Part shown: positions 1 through 14,140 of the stretch, piece after piece
Numbering within the stretch: position 1 is the stretch's first letter
Layout of the letters: the number at the start of each line of letters is the position of its first letter
DNA from: Botryllus schlosseri
Taxonomy: Eukaryota
Direction: 5' to 3'
DNA: 64,000 nt
Assembly: GCA_051294905.1 (NCBI GenBank)
Contig: CM119378.1
Span: 8,556,001 to 8,620,000, forward strand
The notes under the pieces: model-generated
The model's database searches: none
Seen by the model: only the letters and a program-made list of their open reading frames with translations
What the model was told of the DNA's origin: nothing
Translations under genes and position numbers: made by a program

Positions 1-1133
1 GACGCTCTGACTCACGTCAATCATTCTATCCGGTCATATGCGTTTAGCGCTTTCGCGTTTGGTTCAGCGTAATCTATCCGATGTATGATGTTCGGGGCAT
101 TGAAAGAGAGACGACGGGCGTGCTTATTCTTGCTTTGTCAACATCGAAACATTTGTCGAGGCGGACAACATGTCCCTTGGCCCCGAACATTCACCTTGGG
201 GTTGGGTGGTATCCCTTGTCTGTAATCATTTCTTTTCAAGAATCGGCGATGTGGCGCCGATTTTAAAGTCCTCTGCACACACGTCATCGCCCTATTGTAG
301 GGGTCACCAACTCGCGGGCCGCATCTAGCCCGTCAGGCTATATTCTACGGCCCGCAACCCATATGAGATTTATGGCAAAACACATATTTAAAAGCTAATC
401 ATTAATTCGCTTTTCGCAAGTTCACAATATTGCGAATGTAAATAAATCTGCCTTTTATACTCTCGCCACAGGCAGTGAACATTTGCAAACGGTCTCAGAA
501 AGACAAGACAAAATTGAAGATAATATGGACTCTTTATTCTCCACTAAGCGTTGTCGGGTTGTGGCTCACAATACAAAATACAAATCGAGGCCTCATCATA
601 ACATATCAGTCTGATATATTAGATTTATTCGCGTTTCTTCAATATAGCAAGTAAATATGCCAATCGCATGTGTTGGAGAGCAAAACGGTTTATTGAGCAA
701 CGTAGAACCTCTGCTTATCTAAATTATATACGTTTCCCTATAGCAACATCGCACCGCCTATCGCGTTGGAAAAGTGTCCCTCCAGGGGTGGCCAACCTTT
801 TCGGCCAAGGGCCACACGAGATTTAAGAACCATTGCGCGGGCCACTTGAATGTTGATGACCCTTTTAGTCGTCCGATAGCAGCGAACCGAATTGGGTAAC
901 GTTGGAAACAAGACTTACGATTTAAAATTGATACAATTATGTCATGAAAACTCTGTGTGTGACTGTGCAATGTGCATCCATGTCCTAGTCTCGCGAAGCG
1001 CGAAATTTTTTCAAAGGTAATGAATGGATTCGATCAATAAATATGTTACTCGCATATATTGGCGATGGCCTCTGTATACCACTGGGCTGATTTGGCAAAG
1101 ACAGGATTATTCGGCGTTTAGACATATAGCAAT

Positions 1134-1662
1134 TAGGGCTGGGCACAATGATTCGAGTACTCGAATCTGAATCGAGTATTAATTTTAATGATTCGAGTCG
1201 AGCAGTAAAATACGATTTTTTCGAGTACCGCAATTATACGCTCTTCACCACTGAAAGTTGATTTATCAACGAGGAGTTTATCAACGATCAACGAGTTTAT
1301 GCTAATTTCACTGTTGAAGCCTTGAAACCTTGATTGGCCGTATCGTAGCATACGAAACATGAAGTACAAAGATACGAACGTTACTGGAAATAGCACATTT
1401 CCGAAGTCATGATCATCCCACAATATTGTCACCAAGTGCAATGAAATCGGTATGGTCGAAAAAAATAACAAAGTATCCCTAATATGATGAATAACAGGCA
1501 TTATATTCTTTGTGGTCGCTTAAAAGGTACATATTTGAACTTTGACAAATAATATTCTGCTATGACGTCATAATGAGTGATACTCGATTACTCGACTCGA
1601 CTCGAAGCATTTTACGTGATTCAGAATCGAATCACTCAGGTACTCGATTTTGCCCAGCCCTA
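1134..1662. mobile_element. hAT MITE (TAGGGCTGGGCA TIR)
   Basis: 12-bp TIR; 8-bp TSD ATAGCAAT at 1126-1133 and 1663-1670; ACTCGA subterminal repeats; interior similar to about 11590-11780. Confidence 0.9.
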
Positions 1663-3276
1663 ATAGCAATATCGAAGGGTTCGGTGAATATGCCTCTATC
1701 ATTTTGTGCAAAGTTTCATCGCCGACGATCTTGCTGCGAGCACACAAGCGAAGTCGCATGTTGGACGACACGTTATCTCCTAATTGCGAATATAGTTAGA
1801 CTGAATTTTGTATTTATAATTTTCAGGAGGGGGCTCCGATACTAAATGCAAGAAATCGAGTGACAATAAATCATGCGAAAGTGCTAAGAAAAATTTCAAG
1901 TCAAATAAATCTGCTGCGAAATATTATACTTTATGGTCATATATACGGAGATCTGCCATGTGATAAATGTGGCTGGCCACTAACTACGCCAATGCGTTCG
2001 AACTGATCTTTCAGTCATCATCAAATTTTGCGGTCAGGCTAATCAAATTTTGGTTGCCGTGCAATTTTGCCTGATGCTGTAACTAATTTCGAGAATTACC
2101 TCGGGGTCCACACAAAACATTCTCGCGGGCCACATTTGACAGCATCTGCTTTGCCCGTTTTGAGTTGGTGACAACTGTCAAATGCATCTTTTTATTCAGA
2201 TTGTGGTCAATGGATACACCGGGTAGAACACATCGTGAAATAGTTGTATGGAACACCGCTGCAATATAAAAATCATTTCAATTCTTCGCCTCACGCCGAA
2301 TCTTTTATTTAGAAATGAGTCAAAACGAATTCAAGAGCAATCGGAGATCAAAAGGTGGACAATCCGACGGTTTTAAAACGGACACAAGCCCGGAATCCAT
2401 TGCGGGACTGTCGCCTTGAAAAAGAGCCGTTTTCCGGCATACGATCTCGTGAAAGTTCAAAGAAGGGAAATCCCCTCAACGAAGAGATCTCAACGCTATA
2501 CGCCACTGCGTCGGACGGCAGTTAGCAAGCGAATCTCCTGTTCGACACTCGGCGCTGGTCGCCAAACGCTTCTGCCTTCGACATCGCTGCCAAATGCTGG
2601 CAAACTATTGAAATTAGATCCGTCTTCGTACAACAGATCTTCGAATAAGCATCGCGACTATTACTGTGAATCGAATAATATTCGAAAACTATACATAAAT
2701 CCGGTGCGATCGCGTGAAATTCTGAACCCTTGTAAATTACGCCATAAGGACTGTACTACCAGAGAATGGTCCGAACATACACAGCTGAAATTATCAATTA
2801 CCGTCGTGAAGGCCAATCGATGTGAACTTCATCCGAATGATGATGTCATTCCCGTCTCCATTAAACACATACGAGACGCAAAACTTATTTTTTATCACTT
2901 GTTTTCCGTTACGTTAGATTTTCTTTGATTCTGTTACAAACTGAATACAGACAATGAGCTCGTGTCTTCACGTAACTGTTACGATCAAGATTACAGTAAG
3001 TAGACTACGAATAGTGTACATCAGGGGTCACCAACGCGGTGCCCACGAGCTACTTAGCCCGCCAGACCAGCAAATGAGTCGTCCGCGGTCGCAGTAGCAA
3101 ATATTCAAATGAGAAAATGGGTCAGTAGACGTAAGAAACATACGAACACAGTTTTTTTTCGATCGGGGCGTTGCTCGTCTTCGCCCACGCGGAGGCTTAA
3201 CGGGAATCTAAAAAATAGCTTCTTGGAGGTACAGAACTTCAATATACAATTGAAAAGTATATTCATATTGAAATGA

Positions 3277-3310
3277 ACCCGAATATTTTCGGCTGACACT
3301 CGTCAGGCGT
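3277..3310 (-). ncRNA. Minimal type-I hammerhead ribozyme motif (core intact, one stem I mismatch)
   Basis: ACGC-CTGACGA-GTGTCAGCC-GAAA-ATATT-C-GGGT on the minus strand. Confidence 0.65.
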
Positions 3311-3401
3311 AATCGTCAGCAACTAGTAGAGAATTCAAAATAACATTGTCGATTGTTGATATACGATGTTCTTTTGAATTCTCCACTAGTTGCTGACGAT
3401 T

Positions 3402-3435
3402 ACCCCTGACGAGTGTCAGCCTAAAATATTCGGGT
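3402..3435 (+). ncRNA. Hammerhead motif, degenerate (G12 to U)
   Basis: ACCC-CTGACGA-GTGTCAGCC-TAAA-ATATT-C-GGGT. Confidence 0.5.
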
Positions 3436-4129
3436 CTATTTCAATATGAATAAACTATTCAATTGAATCTGAATAATATTCCCTGGTGTCGACGCGGAGA
3501 TTGGCACGCAGTGCGGCAACGCAACGGAGCCCGGAGACGCTGGTATGGGTCCCGGTGAGCGATAGTTTTCTGTTCTTGGTAAGGGGCGAAAACCCTGCCG
3601 AGTGCTCTGAATGTCCAAGTGAAGAAATGCAACTGAGCACGGATAAACGACTCGAGCAATTGGTACCCCGTCGCATTAATCTATATTCTAATGGTTTCAA
3701 AAGGGTTGGTGACCACTGGTTTACAGTATGTGGTCGACGATATATATAGTCAACGCGGTTCATGTGGATACTGCTGCGTATAGTTAGGGTTACATTCAAG
3801 ACCAGTGCATTTTCATTTTAAACACTACCCTAAGGATTAAAAATTTTCGATTCAGGTGTAGTCGAAAATGCAGTTTTAGATAGACCGTAATCTTTGCTGT
3901 GCGAAGACGTCGCGTCGTTTTAACGTCATTCATCTTAACAAAATTTGTATTATTTATGAATATAGAAGCCAGACAAGTTATTCCGTCTTTTGCGGTCACG
4001 AAACTTCATGTGTCAGGCATGGTTAAGCAATTCCACTGGCCCACTTGTAGTTTTAAAACATTCTCATCATTAGTAGTGGAAGCCTAGGAAATATATTGAA
4101 TGAATAACTCATTAAATAAAGACCTTATC

Positions 4130-4860
4130 TAGAAAAAGACTAGAGGTCAAGATGTAATGGCTGAATTTAGGAAACGTATGTTGAGAGGGATAGACAATAG
4201 ACATGCAAGGGATTGTTTCTGTAAAGACTGATCGCCAAAAATGTTCGATTTGCCTACAAAATTTTGAGTTTTAATGCATGAAGCAGTGAAGCTGCTTGGA
4301 CTAAGCATCTACAAAACGTATTAGCACACTAGTAGAACAGCGGTTCTCAACCGGTGGTCCGCGAAGCATTTTCAGGGTGTCTGCGAAACCTCTAAATTTG
4401 TAAAGTGACTGATAACCTAATTTCTTAATTTTAATTAGGAAAAGCACGAGGCAGTTTCGCTTCATAATTGCTAAAACGGAAATGATAGAATTCCAAGGAA
4501 GTATACTCACAATTTGGAGAACAATATTTGGATTTGAATAGTCAAGTCATCTTTAAAAAATTAAAGCCAACGAGGAAATGGATATTTTTGACAAACCTGC
4601 CATTAAAATTACCGCGGACAGAATTATTTTGGAGGGGATTTCCCTTCCAAATTCGCTTGACACTATGAGACTCTGCGTATCTTACGCTGTTCGGATCCAC
4701 ATATTCGTGCGCGTTGTTTCCACACATAGATTTCAACATCTGTGTACCGAATATCGCCTCATCATGTATAAAGCTGTCGGCCTATACAGTGTACGGATAT
4801 TTAGTCTGGGATTACCAAACTAGCAGAGACGATTCAGCAACAGCAGTCGGTGGTGACATA
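4130..4860 (+). pseudogene. Decayed transposon-associated ORF (stops, frameshifts, partial MITE at about 4338-4415)
   Basis: Fragments VMAEFRKRMLRGID.. and DKPAIKITADRIILEG..FNICVP recall uncharacterised TE-associated ORFs; the family assignment is weak. Confidence 0.25.
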
Positions 4861-7529
4861 TTACTCAGTCTGATCCACTTTGTTTTTTTCTTCAAATTAT
4901 TGTCTCATGTCACCATCCTGGCTTTGATGATATTCATTCACTTAAAAAATAGTTTTAAATTGTCAGGCATAACCATGCTCGACAATATAAATCCATGAAT
5001 CGCAACCATCGCACAACTATTCTGTCATTTACTTCATTAATTTATATATATATTGTCATTGCTGAAATTATATCCACTAACGAGCTATCGGGAATGTCCG
5101 CACAAATCGGGTAATTCAATACGCATATAATGATGGATCAAGACCATTAAAAAATCACTTGTAACTTTCTTGTGCTTTGAATATATAAGGCTTTACAGCA
5201 GCCTATACGAGCCTAAATGTTCGATTTCAGTTAGGCCTACAGCACCCGATTTTAGGTAATCTTGTACTAAACCGTACACTGCGTACAGTACACTTGTTCA
5301 CTGCTGAACGAATGTCTATTGTCCGCTCATCAAGAGTCTTATCTCTTCACGGATAAGATTAATCCGTGTCTCTATACGGATGAAGGACTTAGCTGAATTT
5401 GGCATTCCCTTCATTTTAATGGATGGAGTGCAATGTCTTACCATTTAACAAACGCGAATTGATCGAATATTTTAGATCGCCGGAATAAATGAGGCGGCAC
5501 ACGAGCTGTTTATAACTCAATCCATCAATAACTTTATCGGAGTCCAATAATAGTCGTGAGTGAACCGGCTGCTGGAAGCTGGCACGGACTTACTGTTGAA
5601 TTTCAGATAATCATCGGCTGCAAAGAATCCTGCTTTACTTCAATATTACCAGTAATTTACTTAAAATGTGTATTTCTCAGTCGGCAGTAGGCCTACATTT
5701 GATATACGCACCTACTCATATGTCATACATGCCTAATCTAAACCCTTTTCTGTCGTACCGGTCTTCTACTATATTACCACTTCTCCGTACCTTTCGAACA
5801 TATATTATTTGGAAGAAGACGGCACGCGGCAGTGATGGCGATAGTACATAAATTCCATATAGAGATAACACTGTATTGGTGCGTGAAAGACCTGATTTGA
5901 AGATTCTATTCGGATTCTAAGAGGATTGAAAGGGTTACTAAACTGATTTGGAAGCATGGAATGATTCGTGCCCTATATAGGACTCTTAGCACGAAATAAA
6001 GTCGGTATTCAATGTAGTATTTAAAATAATAATTTGCATTGTTCAAAATATCATATCGAGAACTGTGCATATTATTTGCAAGACTTTGGGCACCCCTTAT
6101 GTACTTATTTGCACTTGGACTCAAAATTCGAAGCATGACTATGACTATGCAATTTCGATTTCTAATTTTCAGTTATATCGACCTCGAAATCCCCAGCCCT
6201 TGTCAATTCTTCATTTACCGCGATTCTGAGATTTTAGCTCTTTTTGTCTGACATAAGAATAACAATTCGACTTTGTTCACATTTTAAAAGTTTATTTCAA
6301 TCTCTCCATTATCCTCAGGGGGGTTGCTACCCGGCTTGATAGTGTGTGTATTTACCAGTTTACCTCAACCCCCTCAAATTTTATACTTGGAATATGTGAC
6401 GTCACAATGGGACGATTAGGCATCGTGAAAGCTGTCGCCCGCCCTCGACTTTTGCCAGCAAAACACCGAAATTTGAATTAAATATTTGTTACAATTATTC
6501 GACATTCGTGTGATAACTTGAAAGAGTGCGGCGTATCTAGGAAACACACTGCTATGGCTTACACTTTGACATCTTACAATGGAAATAAATATCTTTGACT
6601 TTTTATGAGTGGAATCGATATAGATGCGCGTCCATATCCATTTGTCCATATCCAGTTCCTTGTTGTTCAGGATATTGCACCATTCATACATTCTCAACTC
6701 ATATGTTTTTGCTACAGTGACATTAATTGGATGGCAGAAAAAGAAACAGATATTGTTGGCGCAATCAGTTTGAATGAAACAGAAACAGAACCAGTTTATA
6801 AGCTTGAATAATAATTTTCAACAAGTAATAAAACGCCTGATTCCGGTTCTGTTGTCTTCGAGCCAATATCTGTTCCGACTTGTAGTTTGAAGGAGCATCG
6901 ATCCGAGGGCTTTAACATAAAAGATATCCGTATTGAATATGTCAAAATCAATATAGAAACAATATTCATCGATTCAAAATGCCACAATAATTGCGATAAA
7001 ATAAAGAAAAAAAAATAGTCGAAATGACTTGGTGAATTCAATCACCCCAATTCCTCTCTTGTCACTGAAATATAGTACTAAGAATGAAAGATCATGTTGA
7101 AAAACGCATGTAAATAGCACATAGTACAGTGCAATGTGAAATATAGTCTATAGAAATGACCATAAAAAGGACAAGCAACGAAGAGGAATGGTTCAGCATG
7201 AGACACCTGCAGGCACCTGCAGGTGCGCCAAGAATTCGATCCGTTAATCTCATATGTAGACTATGATTGGTTCAATAATATAGCTACTTGAAATTGGACT
7301 TGAAGGTACTTGGAATTATATGGAAAGCACCTGAAGATTAGAACATGAATTATAGCGCGAAGTTTCAGAACAAGTTTGCAATGCGGCAGAACAGCAAATA
7401 TTACAAATCATGAATCACGTTACGCTCACAGCGACCGTACATCGCACTGCAATAGAACTATCGGGTGCATGGGTAGGGACTAGTCTGTCCACGCGCATCG
7501 CGGCGCCAGCACAGCAGAATCCAGACGTA

Positions 7530-7700
7530 ACAAAGCCGTCGTCTTGGATTGTTCATCCGAGGGGGATTTGGAAAACATTCATTCACTTCACGGTCCGTCA
7601 TTTCTTTCTAACGGGTGCTTTGACTTCAAATATGCGGACGAAAAAGGCTTAGCGGACCGGCTGAGACCGAATTCAACCCCGATATTCCATTTTGGTTTCG
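7530..7700 (+). pseudogene. Possible degenerate THAP-domain fragment (frameshifted)
   Basis: ..WIVHPRGIWK..VRHF [frameshift] ..F..RLRPNSTPIF resembles the THAP W..W..HF..L.P..P.IF pattern; the conserved Cys is missing. Confidence 0.3.
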
Positions 7701-8528
7701 TATTATATTTGAACATGACGTTTAGTGATAAAGTGAACACCTAAATCCCATATCGTCTAGTGTTATACAAACAAGGACGGTATTAACCCCGATAAGAACG
7801 AAATGCATGTTGATGTATACGGACAGCGCAGACAGAAGGAAAAGCAAGCTTATGGTGGTCAGTATTCTAAGAAAAATCAGGGATACGGTTGATATCCATT
7901 ACAAGTAGGAGCTGTCACCAATGTTACATGGTAAACTGAATCGACAGAAATCAGATTTCAGGGGCTCCCGTATACCGTTTGTTTGAAGTAATCAGTGACA
8001 TCGATTGCTACATTCAAGTCAAGCTTGCTTAAATCTCGCCGCTTGAATTCACCGATAAGGTCGCAGGTCAGGTGAGGCAGTCATTATCTCATTTCGGAAA
8101 AATGGGTCATTTAGTTGCAAGAAATCGCATTCCAGACGACGGGTTTATAATCAATTGATCGGTGTCAACCGGCTGTCACGCGCCGATGCGCTTGTTGTGA
8201 AATGATGTAACGCTAAATTGGTTAGTTGAAAACATATCATGTCATGAAATGTAGTAAAACTTGAGAATCCCGCTGTATCGCCCCGTTTCGGGAATACTTG
8301 AATTTCCCGAAACGGACCGAATAAGCGCTAAATAAACAGAGAAAAACATTGGTTGGAAAACGGTAACGAGAGACCAATCTGGACGATATAATGAAGAGCG
8401 AATAGTGTAAATTGAAATCGAGCATTGCCACCATCGTTCCCCAATCATCGCTCGACTATCTGACATGATAATTTATTAGAAAGGCCTTGAGCAATCATAA
8501 ATGAGAATGAAAAATGTACGTACGTACA

Positions 8529-8548
8529 TGTGTGTGTGTGTGTGTGTG
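8529..8548. repeat. (TG)10 microsatellite
   Basis: Direct reading. Confidence 0.95.
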
Positions 8549-11500
8549 ATGTAAAGAACAGACCGTAATTCTAACACACAGACTAACGCTAATACTTAGC
8601 TAAAACGTAAGTATACAGTGTCACAAAGTTTTGCAACCATCCATTCAAGTCACTATTCCACGGTTACGTCACAATCTTGATGACATCACTGCTGGATAGG
8701 ATGCGTAAACGCAGTATTATAATTATATGCAAAACTGAAATGAATAAAAATGGCACCTTCTGATGTTACAGCTTTCAGGTCAAAAGTCTACTAGCTTACC
8801 GGTCCGGCCGTTTCAAATTTTGTTTATGCAAAGGACCTGCGAAAGCCGACTACCCCAATACGTGAGAATTAATATTCGCAAAACGTTTGTGAATGCAAAT
8901 AATAACATTGATAAAGATCACGAGGTCCATTTCCCTTTAGCTGTAGCTCAAGAACGTCGTCGGCACCATTCTGGTGACATCACAGTATAATAGAGCTATT
9001 TTCATGGTGGATCAGTTGATTGTCCGTGGGTTTTGCGATGTTGAAAGGCAACCTTATCACTCACCAGGTTCCATCGCGTAATTTTGCGGATACGCAAAGA
9101 AGGACTCTCGAAAAAGAAAATGGCGGAGTATAGGGCCTATAGATTTCCGCATGCGTTCAATCATATGTTCGATCAAGTCTCCGCTTCAGATCGAAAATGA
9201 CCCAATCCCTTACATTTTACACACTTCATTACATTTCCAGTTGTAAATGAACGTGAGCCACCTGGTGTGAAGTTTATTTACTGAACCAACGTGATCGAGT
9301 AGTCAAGGGTGCAAAGGGCTAAGTGATTTCTCATGGCGCGTATGTTTGAATTCGTCGCAATTTAAGGCTACAATTTCAACCGCTCGAAGCACATGAAAAC
9401 AATTCAAAAGTCGGCATACGTCACGAGAAGACTTTATAGATCCAGTCGACACACACATTTTATGTTGCAACAACAATATGTCTTATTTTGAACCTATTTT
9501 CACAGTGACAAGCACATCCTTCTTATCTAGCACGAGCTGAAAGCCTAAACTAGGCGAGATTGAGAACGAAATTATAGCCTGCCAAACCGACAAACACCAC
9601 ACATTGTATTGGGTGTGACAACAGTCTTGCGGGAGCAATGAAATCGATCTGCCGCGAGATTAGCCTCTGAGAGGGTCAAAAGACTGATACGACTTATTTG
9701 ATTGTGCTGACAAATCTTTTGATCCTATTCCTGGCAGGCGGGCATTACGGTGAGTCAAGATTGAATGCGACAACTGTGAGAAATATCGTAGGAACAGATG
9801 TGTTCTTTTAGTGTGAAAACGCTTAGGCTACGATTTCGTTATGCGAATGGCCCCGTCGTATCGTTACAAATATAATTACGCTGAATATACTCAACTAGAC
9901 TATTCAGTATACATATAGTAATCTTTACAGTTACGCGAAAGTCCGCTTCTACCTACGACGAATCTGACATTACTTCGCTTCGTGTGTTAAAAAAGTCTGG
10001 AAGTGGTCCATGCTGCCAATAAGTCGGCAGATACGGCTCCATAATATAGAATATCGGTCCGGTGTAAAATGACCACTTTAGTCGAAACACTATGTATACG
10101 AAAACAATAACAACAACATATTTACGTGTCTTCGCGGGTCATTTCGATTTCGAACTATTTAACATGGAAAAATTTGAAAAATTAATTCTCAACAATGAGA
10201 AAAGAGGACTATATCACTGGTTCTCAACATTTTTGTCCTCGCGGACCCCTTTTGCACCGTCACGGATCCCCGCGGACCCGCTCAACTTTTAGCTCAAATT
10301 TTGCTCAATGATCGTGCAATCGTCATCTGTCTTGTGCGAATATTAAATGTAGGCTTGTGATAAGCAGCAACAATCATACTATATGTAGAAATTGGGTAGA
10401 AATCCGCGGTCGTGTGTTGAAAATCCGCGCCTACAATTTAATTGATATCAACGAGTGCTGAAATTCAATTTCCACAAAGAAATAGAATATAGACGGTTGA
10501 GAATGCAATATTAACGCGTAGCGAATCCGGCGTTCTGGTATGATCGCAACATATATTGCACCAAAATTGAAGAACATATTTTGATGAACGTCCAGGGTCC
10601 AGCTTAGTCATTTTTATGTAGCAGTTCGCCTTGAAGTTATTCTGGTATAGCGATATGTACATCACAGGTGACAATGGATTCGGTGGCGAGGATCCAATCC
10701 ATTTATTGGGTCAGATTAGGAAATAAACTACAGGAATTTCCATTTCAAACGACTTTTCACTGATTTGCTGAGACTGACAACTTCTGTAAACATTTCGAAG
10801 TCACTCTGATTGACCTTATACTACTCTGACTTTCTATTTTTCCACAAACTCACACAAAACAGCCGTAAACGGCAATATGTTTGTATCAGTAGGCAATTGG
10901 CAATTTGGCAATTAAAATGAGTTTGTACAGTCGGATGTTTCATCACAGTCGACGATATTGATGTGAGTAGGCCTGAAGTTTTAGAGGTTAAGAAGCAAAA
11001 ATGCCTCGTGATTTCCCTAAAATAAAAACGGTATTAATCATTTTGCAAATTTAGAGGTTTCGTGGACGCCCTGAAAATGCTTCGCGGACCCCCGGTTGAG
11101 AACCGCTGGACTGTAGGATGCGGAGACTCTGAAGCTCAGACTCTACGGATTTCGCCAAGACTTCGAAAGTCTCCCGATGGCTATGGGCAGTCCGTTTCCA
11201 CTTTGCGTAAACAACGAGTCGTCTGGTAATTCGTAAATAGCATTTTGGCGTGGAGAATGTGGTGTTGGTAATCATTGTTTAGGTAATTATTACGTGACAT
11301 TGTATTGCACCCGCGGTCGAGGGTGTAGCCATTCCTTAATAGCCGAGATGCTATTAGGTTCTATACGTCCAGCTTATATTAAAGCAGTATTGGACTCGGC
11401 GTTCTACGTTCTTTTGGTCATTGGATATAGGGTGAAAGTCAGGACAGTATCGTCCCAGTCGAGAAGTGAGAGACGATTCATTCGAGTATTGAAATTATAA

Positions 11501-12525
11501 GAACGTAGCCAATAGCAGTCAATTTGTCAACGAAAATTGTTGTTCCGATATTATCTTCCACTGTGGAAGTATTGAAAACTGGATCGTTATCATCGTGGCA
11601 TACGAAACATGTAATGGAAGCTGTACGCACGTTTGTGGAAATAACATATATGTGAAGTCGACAAGTGGTGATCACCCCACAGCATTGTCAGAAAGTGCAA
11701 TGGAATAGGTCTGGTCGAAAAAGAGACCAAATTATCATTAACCTCGTGTAGAACAGGCATTATATTCTTCGTGGTAGCATAAAATTTTCTTTAAATTTCA
11801 ACTAAACCAGTGGTTATGAAACTGTTGGGGGCGCGAAGGTGCGATCAACTGAATTTTTTCCGCGCTTTGCGCGTTTACCCTTGTTGCTCTGCGTATAGTC
11901 CGAGTTCCATATTTGAGAATTCTCTCAGAAACAATCATAACCTTATATGCCATTAAACTTTCCGTTGGGATTGTAAGAATACTGGTTGCATTTTGTGATA
12001 TGACTTTTAGGGGTACGAGGTATTTTTCACTATCTATCGTGTTTGAAGAATTTTTGAGAACTACCGAATTATCAACGTCATTTCATAAATATTTTCATCA
12101 TTTCAAAGCATCACAAAACTGCGATATAAGAAAAGACAGGAAGATGTCGAAACTGATACTTATACTGATAGCGCGGGTTATTTTCCACAAAATGTTTTGA
12201 ACTATAGGGATGGCATTCTGCAGCGCACTGCGCGTCGAAATCGAAAAGACACTGCAGGCTATACTGTACAACTTGAGAGTGCATGATGCCCTTATTTGTA
12301 CATTAAGATGTTTTGAAGCTTTTTGGTCAAAATGATTAACTAAATATACACTTACTTGTATTTGAGAGCTACAAAACTAAATCGCCAGAATATTTCTTTA
12401 TCGTATCATAAAGGATGATACTGCTTAGTGTTGTTACCCCCATTCATGTTAAAGTTAAGAGCTTGGTGCAGTTCGATGTGAGCGAATCTCTACCCCACTC
12501 TCAGTTGATTTAGTAGTCGCACAAA

Positions 12526-12957
12526 TAGGGTTGCATTTAAAACAAAGGGTGTTTTAAAACACTTCGCTTAAAACATGTTTTAAACAGTGTTTTAAACAAA
12601 GGCCTTAAAATTTTTTTAGGTTGTAAAATTATGCCCTAAATGAATGACTACTTTGCAAAGAACATGTTGTATGAGCCTACGGACAATTTCCCGATGTAGC
12701 CGACGCATACCGATATGGGATGGTTGGAACCCTCAAAATAGTCTATTCAACAGCAAAGTACAGATGTTTCGTCAAAGAAGCTGTATTTACCCTATATTTT
12801 TAATTGTCAATGTCAATCCACCATGATGTCACAATTGAATATTCGTGATGTCATGGCTTGAAAAAAACACGAAGAAAACAATAAAAAAATGTTTTAAACA
12901 AGGCCTTGTTTTGAAACTATTTGTTTTAAATTTATTTTTGTTTTAAATGCAATCCTA
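12526..12957. mobile_element. TAGGGTTGCATTTAAAAC-family MITE (other copies: about 14445-14745 partial, 35952-36837, 50201-50832, 52481-52733)
   Basis: Shared TIR and TTTAAAAC subterminal repeats; clean 8-bp TSD TCCGTATT at 35952-36837 and GTGAG(G/T)GC at 52481-52733. Confidence 0.85.
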
Positions 12958-14140
12958 CACGCAAAGCAATAAAACAATACCCAATAAATTAACTCGCCCG
13001 TATTACCAATCGCAGAGGAGAATTTGGGATGTGTACAATGTGTACATCGTTTTCGAACCAAATGCAGTGAACCTGTGGCCTTACCCGATGGTTGTTAACA
13101 ACCTGGATTTGATTCCGAAAATAGCACATACAATTATACCGTTAATTAGTCGAATGGTCTAATAGGGAAGTCCCAGTGCGAAACCGGACTTCTATCACTT
13201 ACCCATTGTTTTTACTACATTCCTTAAAATAGGGGGCGCCAGACCTAGGCAATTTTTGCAAGGGGGCGCTGGAGAAAAAAAGGTCAAGAGCCACTGGTAT
13301 AAACTTTATGTCTACTGATGGAAGGTTGAATGTTGCAGTGCCTATTTAGCGTATTTTTAAACAGTCGGAGATATTTCAAGTCGCATGCGCTTGTCTGCAT
13401 GCCTCATTTCAAATATTCGTACAGTTCTTGACCAAATTACAAAATATCTCGTGATGACACACAGTTTGGAAATGACCGGTTTATGGTGTCCGATTTCAAA
13501 CACTACTCTCAGGTCGTTTCTACACCTTTTTTTATTGTGTCGTGATCTTGTGATGTTTTATAGAGATAAAATTGTCAACAATATACAGTAAAGTGAAGTA
13601 TGAGAGGAAAGTGCATAATCTGCACTCAAATTTTTCTTGCGTCTGATCAGGTTAGTATTGTGAACGTCGAATCGAGGACAATGTACCCTTCAATTTACTG
13701 TATTTTCTTTGAATTTAGAATATCAGTGTAACATTTTGCGGACATGTTTACCATGCAGAATGTCTTTCACGGTGGTTCTTGGAATGTGGATCAATTAAAA
13801 CATGTCCACAATGCAGATCAGAGTTGACTAGCAACCGGGTACAGTCTTTATTTACATATTTATATATATTACGTCTGTAAATGCGTGCCGGTAATCTTGG
13901 TAATGGCAAATTGTAGTGAACTCGCTACTGATGATAATCCGTGATTTTCACATAAAATATTTTCGAAGTGGTTCATTTTGCATGATCAGATATCGGGCAG
14001 CTGACCAAGAGCCAAATAATGTTCTAGGTCGATGCGTGATATTGGGTTACAGTTTGCACCTCATATTCAAGAGCAATTTATGAATTATAATTGTATCACC
14101 ATATAGCTTACGAAATAATTTATTGCGATATCTTTGACAG

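Larger units (their letters stand above)
3217..3464. mobile_element. Penelope-like small inverted-repeat insertion with two hammerhead motifs
   Basis: About 80-bp inverted arms; degenerate 13-bp TSD GAATCTAAAAAAT/GAATCTGAATAAT; same family as about 47290-47395 and 60572-60775. Confidence 0.65.

Noticed and set aside
2416-2928. 170-aa ORF, and a possible minus-strand terminal exon (..EQEIRLLTAVRRSGV*)
   Set aside because: TTG start, no recognisable motif, and no partner exons could be linked.
6713-6835. Possible plus-strand terminal exon with AATAAA
   Set aside because: Two alternative frames, no linked upstream exons with confidence.
9060-9200. Divergent ATGs (minus ATGGAACCTG|gtgagt and plus AAAATGGCGG) as a bidirectional promoter
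   Set aside because: Neither ATG could be extended into a consistent spliced ORF; AAAATGGCGG may simply be a YY1-type motif.
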